Shown here piece by piece: positions 48,025 to 59,154 of a stretch of 64,000 nt of DNA. A program made the translations under genes and the position numbers. Numbering within the stretch: the stretch's first letter is position 1; each line of letters starts with the position of its first letter. Under the pieces are notes generated by a model. It was not told the origin of the DNA and made no database searches. It worked only from the letters and a program-made list of their open reading frames with translations. The DNA comes from Candidatus Nanoarchaeia archaeon (lineage in GTDB: Archaea > Nanobdellota > Nanobdellia > SCGC-AAA011-G17 > GW2011-AR17): assembly GCA_041659245.1 (NCBI GenBank), contig JBAZYQ010000001.1:4912-68911 (forward strand). The letters are read 5' to 3'.

Positions 48025-48915
48025 ATGATTTCAATTGTCATAACTGCATTCAAGGAGCCTTTGGTATATCGCGCTATTGAAGCAATTCTTTTCCAGAAAA
48101 TCAAGGAGGATTTTGAGCTTGTTGTTGCAGCGCCTGACAAGGAAACAGAAGATCTTGTAAAGGAATACCACAAAAAATACAAGCAGATAAGATTCTTCAA
48201 GGATCCGGGAAAGGGAAAGAGCTTTGCATTAAATCTCTTATTCAAGGAATTGAAAGGAAAAATCTGGATTTTCACTGATGGAGATGTATTTTTGGACAAT
48301 GGCGCAATAAACGCAATGCTTGACATGTTCAAGGATGAAAAAATAGGCTGTGTTTGCGGCAGGGTAATGTGCGAGAATCCAAGATACACGATGTTTGGCT
48401 ATTGGGGCAAATTGCTTGCTGATGTTGGAGCGCACAGGATAAGAAAGGAATTGTTCAAGCAAAAGCAGTTTCTTGAATGCTCAGGCTATTTGTTTGGCTT
48501 CAGAAACAATGGAATCATTACAAGCATTCCTGTTGATGTTGCCGAGGATTCAATAATACCTTATTATTTCTGGAAAAAAGGTTATACAATCGGCTATGCA
48601 GAGAATGCAAGAGTATTTGTGAAGAATCCGACAAACCTGCATGACTGGATGAAGCAGAGAAAGAGGACTGCTGATGCGCATACAAAGCTTACAAAATATG
48701 TTCCTGATTTTCCAAAAGTAAAATCATTCAAGAACGAGGCTTCAAAAGGAATAAGATGGATTTGGGGCTATCCAAAAAGCGTCAAGGAATTCTTTTGGAC
48801 AATACTTCTTGTGTTTGCAAGGCTCTATATGTGGCTTTCATTGTTCTATGACCTGAAATTCAAGAGAAAAGGGTATGTTGACGGCTGGGAAAGAAGCGAA
48901 ACAACTAAGATTTAG
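48025..48915 (+). CDS. GT2-family glycosyltransferase
   Basis: ISIVITAFKEP…VVAAPDKET…FTDGDVF (DxD), C-terminal hydrophobic helix. Stop overlaps the convergent gene end. Confidence 0.75.
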   Translation: MISIVITAFKEPLVYRAIEAILFQKIKEDFELVVAAPDKETEDLVKEYHKKYKQIRFFKDPGKGKSFALNLLFKELKGKIWIFTDGDVFLDNGAINAMLDMFKDEKIGCVCGRVMCENPRYTMFGYWGKLLADVGAHRIRKELFKQKQFLECSGYLFGFRNNGIITSIPVDVAEDSIIPYYFWKKGYTIGYAENARVFVKNPTNLHDWMKQRKRTADAHTKLTKYVPDFPKVKSFKNEASKGIRWIWGYPKSVKEFFWTILLVFARLYMWLSLFYDLKFKRKGYVDGWERSETTKI

Positions 48916-49622
48916 ATTTTTCCTGTTTTCATCATTTCTTCTATTTGCTTCATTCTATCAAATGAGCCCATGTCTTCAAGAAATTCTTCTGTATAATAAG
49001 CATAAACCTTTTTGCCTTGTTTTAGCAATTCAGGAAGAAGCTGCCTTTCAAGATTATAGCTTCCTTCTGGGATTATTGAAAGAGATTTTGGGCTTAAAAC
49101 ATACATTGAAGCATTTGTCTTGTCAATCTTAGGAGTTTCTGCTGAATGCGGCTTTAGCCAGAAATGCTTTACTTTACCTTTCTTGTCATATTCAATCAAA
49201 TCGCTTTCTTCAGGATGGCTTCCTTTTTGCACAACTACTGTTGCATCAGCTTTCATTTTCTTATGAAATTGCATGAGCTTTTTTGCGTCAATTTTGCACA
49301 CTATATCGCCTGAAAGCACAATAAAGTCCTCTTTTAGCTTTTCTTTTATTATTCTTAAAGGGCCTCCTGTTCCAAGCGGACTTTTCTCTACTGAGTATTC
49401 AATGTGAACTCCTAATTTGCTTCCATCTCCAAAGTATTTTTCAATTACATTGGATAAATAGCCTGAGCAGATTATGATATCTGTAATTCCCTGTGTTTTT
49501 GCCCATTCTATTGTATGCTCAAGAATAGGTTTTCCATTAATCAGAAGCATTGGCTTTGGAGTGTCATAAGTAAGCGGCTGAAGCCTGACTCCTTTTCCAC
49601 CAGCCATTAGAACTAGTTTCAT
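48912..49622 (-). CDS. Sugar-1-phosphate nucleotidyltransferase (D-glycero-D-manno-heptose 1-phosphate guanylyltransferase HddC-like)
   Basis: LVLMAGGKGVRLQPLTYDTPKPML N-terminal signature. ~236 aa, short like HddC. Start overlaps the gmhA stop. Confidence 0.7.
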   Translation of the reverse strand: MKLVLMAGGKGVRLQPLTYDTPKPMLLINGKPILEHTIEWAKTQGITDIIICSGYLSNVIEKYFGDGSKLGVHIEYSVEKSPLGTGGPLRIIKEKLKEDFIVLSGDIVCKIDAKKLMQFHKKMKADATVVVQKGSHPEESDLIEYDKKGKVKHFWLKPHSAETPKIDKTNASMYVLSPKSLSIIPEGSYNLERQLLPELLKQGKKVYAYYTEEFLEDMGSFDRMKQIEEMMKTGKI

Positions 49623-50218
49623 TTTTTGCCGTAAAGCTCGTTTTCAATGACTTCGCACATGACATGCCCCACTGTGATGTGCATTTCCTGTATTCTTGCG
49701 CATCTTTCAGAAGGAACCTTAAGAACATAATCCAATCCCATGCTGTTCATCTTTCCGCCATTTGAGCCTGTCCATGCAATTGCCTTTGCGCCTTTTTCCT
49801 TTGCAGCCTTGAGCGCATTGATTACATTGTCAGAATTGCCTGATGTTGAAATTCCTATAACAGCATCATTTTCATTTACCAAGTCCATTACCTGCCTTGA
49901 AAACAAGTGTTCATAGCCCATGTCATTGCCTATTGCAGTGAGGATTGAAGTGTTTACAGTAAGCGCTATTGCCGGAATGCTTGGTCTTTTGTTTTCCCTG
50001 TCAAGCAAACAGACTAATTCTGCCGCAATATGCTGGGCGTCTGCTGCAGAGCCGCCATTGCCCAGAATAATCATCTTGCCCTTGTTTTTGTAGCAATTGA
50101 CTATAATTTTGCACATCTGCTCTATTTCATTTGACATTGAAACAAGCTTTTGCTTTGATTCAAGCGATTCATTCAAGCTTTTTGTGATTGTATTTATCAT
50201 TTGATTTTTTCCCTCCAA
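49619..50218 (-). CDS. gmhA: Phosphoheptose isomerase (sedoheptulose-7-phosphate isomerase, SIS domain)
   Basis: IILGNGGSAADAQHIAAEL and SGNSDNV SIS motifs; 199 aa. Confidence 0.85.
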   Translation of the reverse strand: MEGKNQMINTITKSLNESLESKQKLVSMSNEIEQMCKIIVNCYKNKGKMIILGNGGSAADAQHIAAELVCLLDRENKRPSIPAIALTVNTSILTAIGNDMGYEHLFSRQVMDLVNENDAVIGISTSGNSDNVINALKAAKEKGAKAIAWTGSNGGKMNSMGLDYVLKVPSERCARIQEMHITVGHVMCEVIENELYGKK

Positions 50219-51141
50219 AACTCAACCATATCCTTAAGAGTCTTGTCAATGGGTATAGACTGCTTCCACCCTGTGCTGTTTTTAAGCTTTGTGGAGTCTC
50301 CGAATATTATTGTTTCGTCAGTGGTTCTCAATAACTTGGGATCAACTTCTATTTTGCATTTTATGCCTGTGATTTTTATTATTTCATCAAGTATGTCTTT
50401 AATCAGATATGCCTTTTCTCCGCAAAGGTTATAGACTTCTCCTGCTTGTCCTTTTTCAGCCAGAAGATAGAATGCATTGATTATGTCTCTCACATCTGTG
50501 ATAGCTCTTTTTGCATTAAGGTTTCCAACTTTAAAGACAGGATTCTGCTTCCCCTTCTCTATCATCACTGCCTGTTTTGTGAAATCAGAGCAAACATCAT
50601 TGACTTTTCCTGGGCCTGTTGTGTTGAATATTCTTACTCTTATGCCTTTCATTCCAAAATTCTTAAAATACTGGTACGTGAGAAAATCCTGCCCAACCTT
50701 GCTGACTCCATAGGGATGCAGTGGAAGCAGTGAATGCTCTTCTTTTATCGGAATCTCTTCAGGCTTTACAAATCCGTACTCTGCTGATGAGCATGCAACA
50801 ATCACAACCGGATTCATTTTTAATTCTTTCAATGACTCAAACAAGTTGATTGTGCCTTCAATGTTTGACTGTACTGTGAAGTTTGGCTTTTCCCATGAAA
50901 CAGTTGGATAGCTTTGCGCAGCAAGATGGTAGACTTGGTCAGGCTTGAATTCCTTCAATAGCTTCTTGAATTTTTCCTTGTCTCTTACGTCAAGCTCAAC
51001 TGCCTTTCCTAATTTTTTTAATTCCTTTATATCAGAAATAGGCTCATAATAAGTTGACATGACTTCCGCGCCTTTCTCATGCAAAAATCTTGCAAGATGG
51101 GGGCCCATGAATCCGCCTGCGCCTGTTATGAATGCTCTCAT
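50197..51141 (-). CDS. Rmd-like short SDR (NDP-sugar reductase/epimerase), paralog of 42062..42976
   Basis: MRAFITGAGGFMGPHLARF, YGVSK. Conserved blocks with 42062..42976 (TGPGxxxxxVCSDF, EKG, NLNAKRxxTDVRDI, YNLCGEKAY). Start overlaps the gmhB stop. Confidence 0.8.
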   Translation of the reverse strand: MRAFITGAGGFMGPHLARFLHEKGAEVMSTYYEPISDIKELKKLGKAVELDVRDKEKFKKLLKEFKPDQVYHLAAQSYPTVSWEKPNFTVQSNIEGTINLFESLKELKMNPVVIVACSSAEYGFVKPEEIPIKEEHSLLPLHPYGVSKVGQDFLTYQYFKNFGMKGIRVRIFNTTGPGKVNDVCSDFTKQAVMIEKGKQNPVFKVGNLNAKRAITDVRDIINAFYLLAEKGQAGEVYNLCGEKAYLIKDILDEIIKITGIKCKIEVDPKLLRTTDETIIFGDSTKLKNSTGWKQSIPIDKTLKDMVEFWREKIK

Positions 51142-51701
51142 TTGTTCTCACCTAATATTATCTTTGCCGCATCATATAAATCTTCTGCAGTATAGTTAGG
51201 GACAGCCTCTGCTGTATTGTCCTTTCCGCCGTAGCCTGTCAGAACAAGAATTGTTTTCACGCCTGCTGACAAACCTGCTTTAATATCTGCTTTTTTGTCT
51301 CCAACCATAAAGCTTTGTTTTAAATCAATATTATGCTCTTTTGCAGCCTGAATAAGCATTCCCGGCTTTGGCTTTCTGCAATCGCATTCTGTCTTGTATT
51401 TTCCAATGCCTTTTTCAGCATGGTGAAAGCACATGTATGTCGCATCAACCCTGGCTCCTTTTTCTTTAAGCAAGGAAATAACTTTCAAATGCACTTTCAT
51501 TGCCTGCTCTTCAGAGCACATTCCCCTGCCAACAGCAGCCTGGTTTGTTATTATGATAACTTTGTATTTCTTGTTAAGAAGCGCAATTGCCTCGGCAGCT
51601 TTTGGAATAAGAGATACATCTTCCTCTTTGGTAATGTGGTCTACATCCTTTATTATAACTCCGTCCCTGTCCAAAAATACTGCTGGTTTTTTTAGTTCCA
51701 T
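51138..51701 (-). CDS. gmhB: D,D-heptose 1,7-bisphosphate phosphatase (HAD family IIIA)
   Basis: AVFLDRDGVII HAD motif I, CDCRKPKPGML Zn-site/motif, GDKKADI motif. Confidence 0.85.
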   Translation of the reverse strand: MELKKPAVFLDRDGVIIKDVDHITKEEDVSLIPKAAEAIALLNKKYKVIIITNQAAVGRGMCSEEQAMKVHLKVISLLKEKGARVDATYMCFHHAEKGIGKYKTECDCRKPKPGMLIQAAKEHNIDLKQSFMVGDKKADIKAGLSAGVKTILVLTGYGGKDNTAEAVPNYTAEDLYDAAKIILGENK

Positions 51702-51800
51702 TACTATAATTGAAGGCTTTTGAAATGCTTAAAAAGTTTGTGTATAGCGCGTCGAAACTGCAGATAAACAGTTTACATTTCTTATACATAAGGCTTTTAA

Positions 51801-52721
51801 ATGGTTCCTTGCAAAATTCTGCATATGAACGACAAAGTTTATCTTATGGCAAACAATGCAGCAATTGACGCTACAATACTTACAAAAGGTGACATAGTGC
51901 CTGCGTATGCAAAACATCATGGAATCCCTTTGGAGAGAATAGCTGCAATAGGCGATGAAATAATAGACTTGCCTATGCTTACAACTGAGGGATTGGGCTT
52001 TGTTGGCGCTCCTGCCAATGCTCAGGACAAGGTAAAGGAGGCAGTTGCAAAAATGCAGAATGGCTGGATTTCTTCGTGCCAAGTGCTTGACGCATTTATT
52101 GAGTTTTATGCTCTCACCAAGAAAAGAAATATTTCCCATATAATCTCAGACAAAGATGGAGTGCTTCTTGCAAAGGGTGACTTGGCAAGGGGCGCTGAAT
52201 TTTATGCTCTTATGCAATATGCAGGAGTTGGCGGGAATCCTTTTGTTACTGTATTAACAGGTTCTTCTGTAGGACAGAATGCAAAATTCATGAAAGGATA
52301 TGGCCTTGATGCAAGGCTTGAATCAAATCCTGCTATAAAGAAAAATCCTTATCTGCTTCTCGCTGAAAACGGGTTAATTCATCTTGATGTGCTGTCAGGC
52401 AATACCTTGAACTTTTGTAAAATACTTAATCCCTATCTTCTCACAAAACTGAAAAATGAATTTGAGCCTGAAGTTGCTAGGAGAATGGAAGCAGAGATAT
52501 TCCCTATATTTGGTTTTGAGTGGAGTGCTGATTCTGAAGATCAGGCTGAGAAGGTGTATCATGCTCCAAAGCAAGGCATGGTTACATTCAATGTGCCTCG
52601 CTATTTTAAAGACGGAAGCGATTACAGGAAATCAGCGCAGGCAAAAGCATACAGGGAAAACATGATAAAGCTCATGTCTGAAACTGCTGAGAAAATACAG
52701 ATGCATTATGAAATATTATAG
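51801..52721 (+). CDS. HAD-superfamily-like protein with unusual motif order (KdsC-like segment upstream of a DxDG motif-I segment)
   Basis: IAAIGDEIIDLPML (HAD motif III/IV-like) at ~aa 45-60 precedes IISDKDGVLL (motif I-like) at ~aa 113, then VTVLTGSS. Confidence 0.4.
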   Translation: MVPCKILHMNDKVYLMANNAAIDATILTKGDIVPAYAKHHGIPLERIAAIGDEIIDLPMLTTEGLGFVGAPANAQDKVKEAVAKMQNGWISSCQVLDAFIEFYALTKKRNISHIISDKDGVLLAKGDLARGAEFYALMQYAGVGGNPFVTVLTGSSVGQNAKFMKGYGLDARLESNPAIKKNPYLLLAENGLIHLDVLSGNTLNFCKILNPYLLTKLKNEFEPEVARRMEAEIFPIFGFEWSADSEDQAEKVYHAPKQGMVTFNVPRYFKDGSDYRKSAQAKAYRENMIKLMSETAEKIQMHYEIL

Positions 52722-52744
52722 AATGAATTTATTATTTCGGCTTT

Positions 52745-53671
52745 TTATTTCTTGTCTTTCCCAATCCTTATCATCAGCACGCCTACCAACGCAAGCCCAA
52801 TAGTCGCTATTGAATAAATCAAAGACGCAGCCATCACAAGCCCTGCGGGAACTCCTATCAAGCCGTACATGTAAACAGACGCTCCCTCTTTCAATCCCAA
52901 GCCTGAGATTGTTATTGGAATAAGGGCAAGTATATTTATGGTTACTGAGATAAGATATACATAGGGGAAATCAACATAAACTCCCGCCATCCCGAGCACA
53001 AGCCACATTGACAATGCAAGTATTGCCCAGCGGATTGCAGACAAAAGAATCAGGATTATGAACAATGAATAATCTTTTCTCATAAACAATTTTAGCTTTT
53101 CAGTGAATTCCTCAAATGACATTGCATATTTTTTAAGAAATTTTGAAATAACCTTTGTTCCAAAGCGAAGAAACAGGACAAATGAAAGCAATGCAATTAT
53201 TGCAATCATCATTGGAATGTAAATTTTTCCTCCAGGCAACAGAAGATAAAAGGTGATTGTGGCCATCATAACATAAAAAGCAAATGTTCCTGCCTTGTCA
53301 ACAAGATACATGATTGCAGAATCCTTCACTTCAATATTCTGCTTTTTAAGAAAATAAAGAATTGACAAGTCACCGAATTTTCCGGGAATTATCGTGCCTA
53401 TGCTCCAGCTTGAAACAAAATGCCTGAACAGCGTCATGAACCTTATTTTCACATTTATTCTTGAAAGAACAAGATAATATGATGCCGTGTTAAGCAATGC
53501 ATTAAGGAGATAGCCAATGGCAATTATTAAATAGACAAGGGGATTTGTGGATGAGATAATGCCTGCAATTTCCCTGAACCCGATTGCATATATCAGCGCT
53601 GAAATTATTGCAATTCCAAACCCGGCTTTCATGAGGGTAAAATATGGCTTTTTCATATTGCTGTAATGCAT
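52745..53671 (-). CDS. Flippase-like membrane protein (lysylphosphatidylglycerol-synthase TM region / UPF0104 family)
   Basis: ~8 TM. Resembles LPG_synthase_TM-type flippase-like domains, which are commonly fused or adjacent to GT2 in archaea. Probable start at the internal MKKPYF (~53656). Confidence 0.55.
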   Translation of the reverse strand: MHYSNMKKPYFTLMKAGFGIAIISALIYAIGFREIAGIISSTNPLVYLIIAIGYLLNALLNTASYYLVLSRINVKIRFMTLFRHFVSSWSIGTIIPGKFGDLSILYFLKKQNIEVKDSAIMYLVDKAGTFAFYVMMATITFYLLLPGGKIYIPMMIAIIALLSFVLFLRFGTKVISKFLKKYAMSFEEFTEKLKLFMRKDYSLFIILILLSAIRWAILALSMWLVLGMAGVYVDFPYVYLISVTINILALIPITISGLGLKEGASVYMYGLIGVPAGLVMAASLIYSIATIGLALVGVLMIRIGKDKK

Positions 53672-53920
53672 AGAAAGGTTTATATATAAGATGCCTACTT
53701 AATGTTCTGAAAGAAGATAGACGATAGTGAATGATATCTTCTTACTAATGTTCGAAAATTCATTTTCGAATAAATTGTTCTAGTTCCTATATGGAACGAG
53801 AGGCGTTTTGCCTCGCAAGTTCGCGCAACGCGAGCAGCGGAATGCATGCATTCCGTTCAGTGCCTACTCTGAATAGGCATACATCATAATGAGTGCTTGA
53901 TTGAACAATCCTGCATGATG

Positions 53921-53960
53921 TGGGCAAGACGGCAATAATATTGTATATTATTGCGTGCAC
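53921..53960 (+). other. 5' strand of the 16S pre-rRNA processing stem (pairs with 55547..55587)
   Basis: TGGGCAAGACGGCAATAATATTGTATATT is complementary to AATATACAATTTGCTAAAGTCTTGCCCA downstream of the 16S (10-nt perfect GTCTTGCCCA core plus an AATATACAAT block). Confidence 0.6.
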
Positions 53961-54059
53961 TAATAAGTAAAATTTTATACCTCTATTTTTTGGTAGCTAT
54001 ATTAGTTTAAGTTTAGTTTCGATTTATTTTCTACGACAGAAACGCGACATTTAATGAAT

Positions 54060-55535
<1,476 letters not shown>

Positions 55536-55604
55536 TTATTTATTTATGTACAATATTTAATATACAATTTGCTAAAGTCTTGCCCACAAAAATGCTTTGG
55601 CTTT

Positions 55605-55676
55605 GGGCTCGTAGCGCAGTGGTAGCGCACTGCCCTTGCAAGGCAGGGGTCTCGGGTTCGAATCCCGACGAGTCCA
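55605..55676 (+). tRNA. tRNA-Ala (anticodon TGC) in the 16S-23S spacer
   Basis: GGGCTCGTAGCGCAGTGGTAGCGCACTGCCCTTGCAAGGCAG…GGGTTCGAATCCCGACGAGTCCA. Cloverleaf with 7-bp acceptor stem and G3:U70. CCA not encoded. Confidence 0.9.
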
Positions 55677-55900
55677 TTATGTATTTCCATTTTGGATTTC
55701 ATACCCGGCTGCAGGAGAATAAAATTTAGCTAAAGCAGATCACATATCATATTCAAACATATCATTGTTTGATCCGAAACCGAAAGGTTTCATTTGTGCG
55801 GTTCGCGTCGCGAGAAGCGGACTAAGGGCATTATGTCCATGAAGCAATAGTTTCATGGTACAGTATCATCGCAAACCAAAAGTTTGCACAGATGTTCATG

Positions 55901-55930
55901 GTGCCGTGCATAGGCAAGACAGTCTAGATC
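55901..55930 (+). other. 5' strand of the 23S pre-rRNA processing stem (pairs with 58844..58873)
   Basis: GTGCCGTGCATAGGCAAGACAGTCTAGATC pairs with AATCTAGGCTGTCTTGCTTATCACGGCA, about 25/28 complementary. Confidence 0.6.
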
Positions 55931-55939
55931 CTACTTATG

Positions 55940-58850
55940 CCATCAGGTGAACGACTTGGTTCAGGACACTGAAGAAGGGCGTGGCAAGCTACGAAATTCT
56001 CTGGCGAGGTGCATGCGGCCATTGAACCAGAGGTACCCTAATGTGACCTCACATCGCGCAGCAATGCGCGATATCCGGAAACGGAGAGGAACCCGGGGGA
56101 CTGAAGCGTCTTAGTACCCGGAGGAAAAGAAATCAAACACGAGATGCCGTTAGTATCAGCGAGACAAAGCGGCAGAAGGCAAACCGAATGCTGTATAGAA
56201 ATGTACAGCGCATGTGGTGTTATAGGGACTGCATTTAGATCATAGTAAGTTGATTCAAAGTTTTCTGGAAAGAAATGCCATAGAGGGTGAAAGCCCCGTA
56301 GAAGTAAACTGAAACGGTTGAGCAGTTACCTGAGTAGCGCTACTTGGATATGTGGCGTGAAATCGGGAGGCATCAACTCCCAACCTTAAATATGTCCTGA
56401 GACCGATAGCGAAGCTAGTACCGTGAGGGAAAGTTGAAAAGAACCCGTAACAGGGAGTCAAAAGAGCCGGAAACCTGGTGGTGATCGTTAGATAGGGCAC
56501 TACGGTGTTCTATCGTTCGTTTCGAATAACGGGCCAAGGAGTGCATATGAGTGGCGAGGGTAATGGTGTTAAGCCAGCACCCTAAGGGAAACCAAATTTC
56601 CGCAGCCGCAAGGCGAGGGAAAAGGTATGAAAGTGCCATTAGTCACTTGTTTGCGACCCGAAACCGTGCGATCTAGTCGAGGGTAAGGTGAAATCCAGCA
56701 ATGGATGGAGGCCTGAAGAGTTACTGCGTGCATGCGTCCTTCTAACTTTCGACTAGGGGTGAAAAGCCAATCGAGCACGGTGATAGCTGGTTCCTGCCGA
56801 AATAGGCGCCAGTCTAGTTTCAGAGGAGATGACCGAGGAGGTAGAGCTACGGATTGGGAAGCCCGGGGGAGAAATCTCTCACTTTCCTGTCCAACTCCGA
56901 ATGCTTTGGTATCGTAGAATCTGAAAAACGGCGGCACTGGGGTAAGCTTGTGTCGCTAGGGGGGAACAGCCCAGACTGCAGTTAAGGTCCCTAAGTATTG
57001 ATTAAGTGTTAACGGGCGAAAGGGTTTGAAGCCCGAGACAGCGGGGAGGTATGCTCAGAAGCAGCAATCCTTCAAAGAAAGCGTAACAGCTCACCCGTCA
57101 AGGTCTCATGCCCTGAAAATGGACGGGACTAAATCAATTACCGATACTGCAGGCCACAGAAATGTGTGCGGTAGGCAGGTGTTCTGCAGGGGTAGAAGCA
57201 CGTTCGAGAGTATGTGTGGACCTTGTGGAATTATGAATCTTGGCGGTAGTAGGAACTAGACAGAGTGAAAATCTCTGATACCGAAAGGGCTAGGGTTTCT
57301 CAGCAATGTCAATCAACTGAGAGTAAGTCAGTCCTAACCGGCCTCCTAACTGGAGGAACTGGGAAAGGGCAAAAGGTTAATAATCCTTTACTAATCGGAT
57401 ACGCGCGGCAACGCAAGTTCCGCTTCAGACGTTTTTGGCTAGATCGACAGAAGCAGTCGCTTCTGTTAACATGGATAAGCCGGTGGAGTACCGTAATGGT
57501 GAGAAACCGGTTAAACTATGGAATAGCAGTCCTTATGGATTGTTCGATTGATGCCTGGAGCCCGTGAAAATGGAGCGGAAAAGGAATCTGATTATCTGTA
57601 CCAAGAACCAGCACTGGTGCCCCTAGATGAGAAGTCTAAGGTATGAGGGAATAAACTAAGCTAAGGGAAATCGACAAACTAGCCCCGTAACTTCGGAAGA
57701 AGGGGTCCCTGCGATTGTATTCGTATGAGTGCAATTACAGGGTTCAATAACTAGGGGGGCCCGACTGTTTAACAAAAACAAAGCAATTCGCGAGTCCGCA
57801 AGGATGTGTATGGATTGCTACGTCTGCCCAGTGCCAGTACTTTAAACTCCGGTTCAACGGAGCTAAGAGCTGGTAAACGGCGGGAATAACTATAATTCTC
57901 TTAAGGTAGCGAAATACCTTGTCGTTTAAATGACGACCTGCATGAAGGGCGTAACGAGGTCCCCATTGTCCCTAGCTAGAGTCCTCCGAACTCAACATTC
58001 TGGTGTGAAGTCCAGAGATTTCCAGTGGGAAGCGAAGACCCCGTAGAACTTTACTGTAGTTTGTTGCTGTGATGCGAGTTTTGTTGTGCAGCGTAGGCGG
58101 AAGTCGCTAAAGCAGGATCGCTAGATTCTGTGTAGACGCCGATGAAACACCGCCCTTCAGGGCTTGCATCGCTCACCTCGCGAGAGGGACACCAATAGAT
58201 GGACAGTTTGGCTGGGGCGGCACCCTGCTGAAAGTGTATCAGTAGGGCCCAAAGGTTGACTCATCCCATTTAGAAATTGGGAGTAGAGTGCAAGAGCAAA
58301 AGTCAGCCTAACTGAATTTCGAATCGAAAGAAATTCAGGGACGCAAGTCTGGTCTAGCGAACCTCTATGTCCTCCTTGATGGGGGCTAGAGATGACAGAA
58401 AAGCTATCTCGGGGATAACTGAGTTGTCGCGCCCTAGAGTTCCTATCGACGGCGCGGCTTGCTACTTCGATGTCGGCTCATCCTATCCTGGGCGTGCAGA
58501 AGCGTCCAAGGGTGGGGGTGTTCACCCATTAAAAGGGTTCGTGAGCTGGGTTAAGAACGTCGCGAGACAGTTTGTATGATATCTACCGGAAATGTATTAA
58601 GGTCTGAGGGGAAGAATCGTCTAGTACGAGAGGAACGGCGAATCGTGGCCTCTGGTCCATCGATTGTCCGACAGGGCAGGTCGAGCAGCTACGCCACAAG
58701 TCATAAATCCTGAAAGCATCTAAGGATGAAAGACGCCTCAAAAAGAGACCTAGAGCGCCTAAAGAACATAGGCTTGATAGGACTGGAGTGTAAGCACGAA
58801 GCTTCGGCGACGTGTTCAGCTCGCAGTTACTAAACACTCAAACTAAATCT
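55940..58850 (+). rRNA. 23S (LSU) rRNA, archaeal type
   Basis: 5' region GAAGAAGGGCGTGGCAAGCTACGA; conserved LSU blocks throughout (GGATAACTGAGTTGTCGCGC…, sarcin-ricin loop AGTACGAGAGGAAC). Ends bounded by the processing stem; approximate. Confidence 0.85.
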
Positions 58851-58892
58851 AGGCTGTCTTGCTTATCACGGCATTCCTTTTTTCAAAAATCT

Positions 58893-58935
58893 CGATTTTT
58901 GAATATCCGAAAATTTTTGATTTTCGAATATTTCA
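58893..58935 (+). terminator. Imperfect inverted repeat plus T-runs downstream of the 23S (candidate rRNA operon terminator)
   Basis: GAATATCCGAAAAT / ATTTTCGAATAT arms separated by TTTTGA, flanked by oligo-T runs that favour archaeal termination. Sequence-only. Confidence 0.25.
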
Positions 58936-59154
58936 TAATTCTATTTTATTTCTTTTATTCTTTGAATTAAAATTAAAAAGGAATGTGTATAGCGTGAGCT
59001 CTATTAAAATAAGGCGTAGAGTAAAGCCGAGCTCCGCTATTAATTCAAATAATTATTTGTTTTCAAAACAAGACAAGCAATTCTTTATAGCCGCAAGGCT
59101 CGCCTTACTCTTGTCTCAGATAATTATTTAAGCGGATTTCGGCATTGATAACAT

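Noticed and set aside
53974-53980. TATA-like TTTTATA upstream of the 16S as the rRNA promoter
   Set aside because: It lies between the 5' processing-stem strand (53921-53960) and the mature 16S, so it should be inside the primary transcript. The true promoter must be upstream of ~53920 and could not be pinned down by sequence alone.
58859-59131. 90-aa ORF immediately downstream of the 23S
   Set aside because: It overlaps the 23S processing-stem strand, the hairpin/T-rich terminator-like region and low-complexity AT-rich sequence. No coding signal.
58876-59154. 5S rRNA downstream of the 23S
   Set aside because: No sequence resembling the conserved 5S helices or loop motifs was found in the ~300 bp before the MFS gene. 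The 5S is presumably unlinked.
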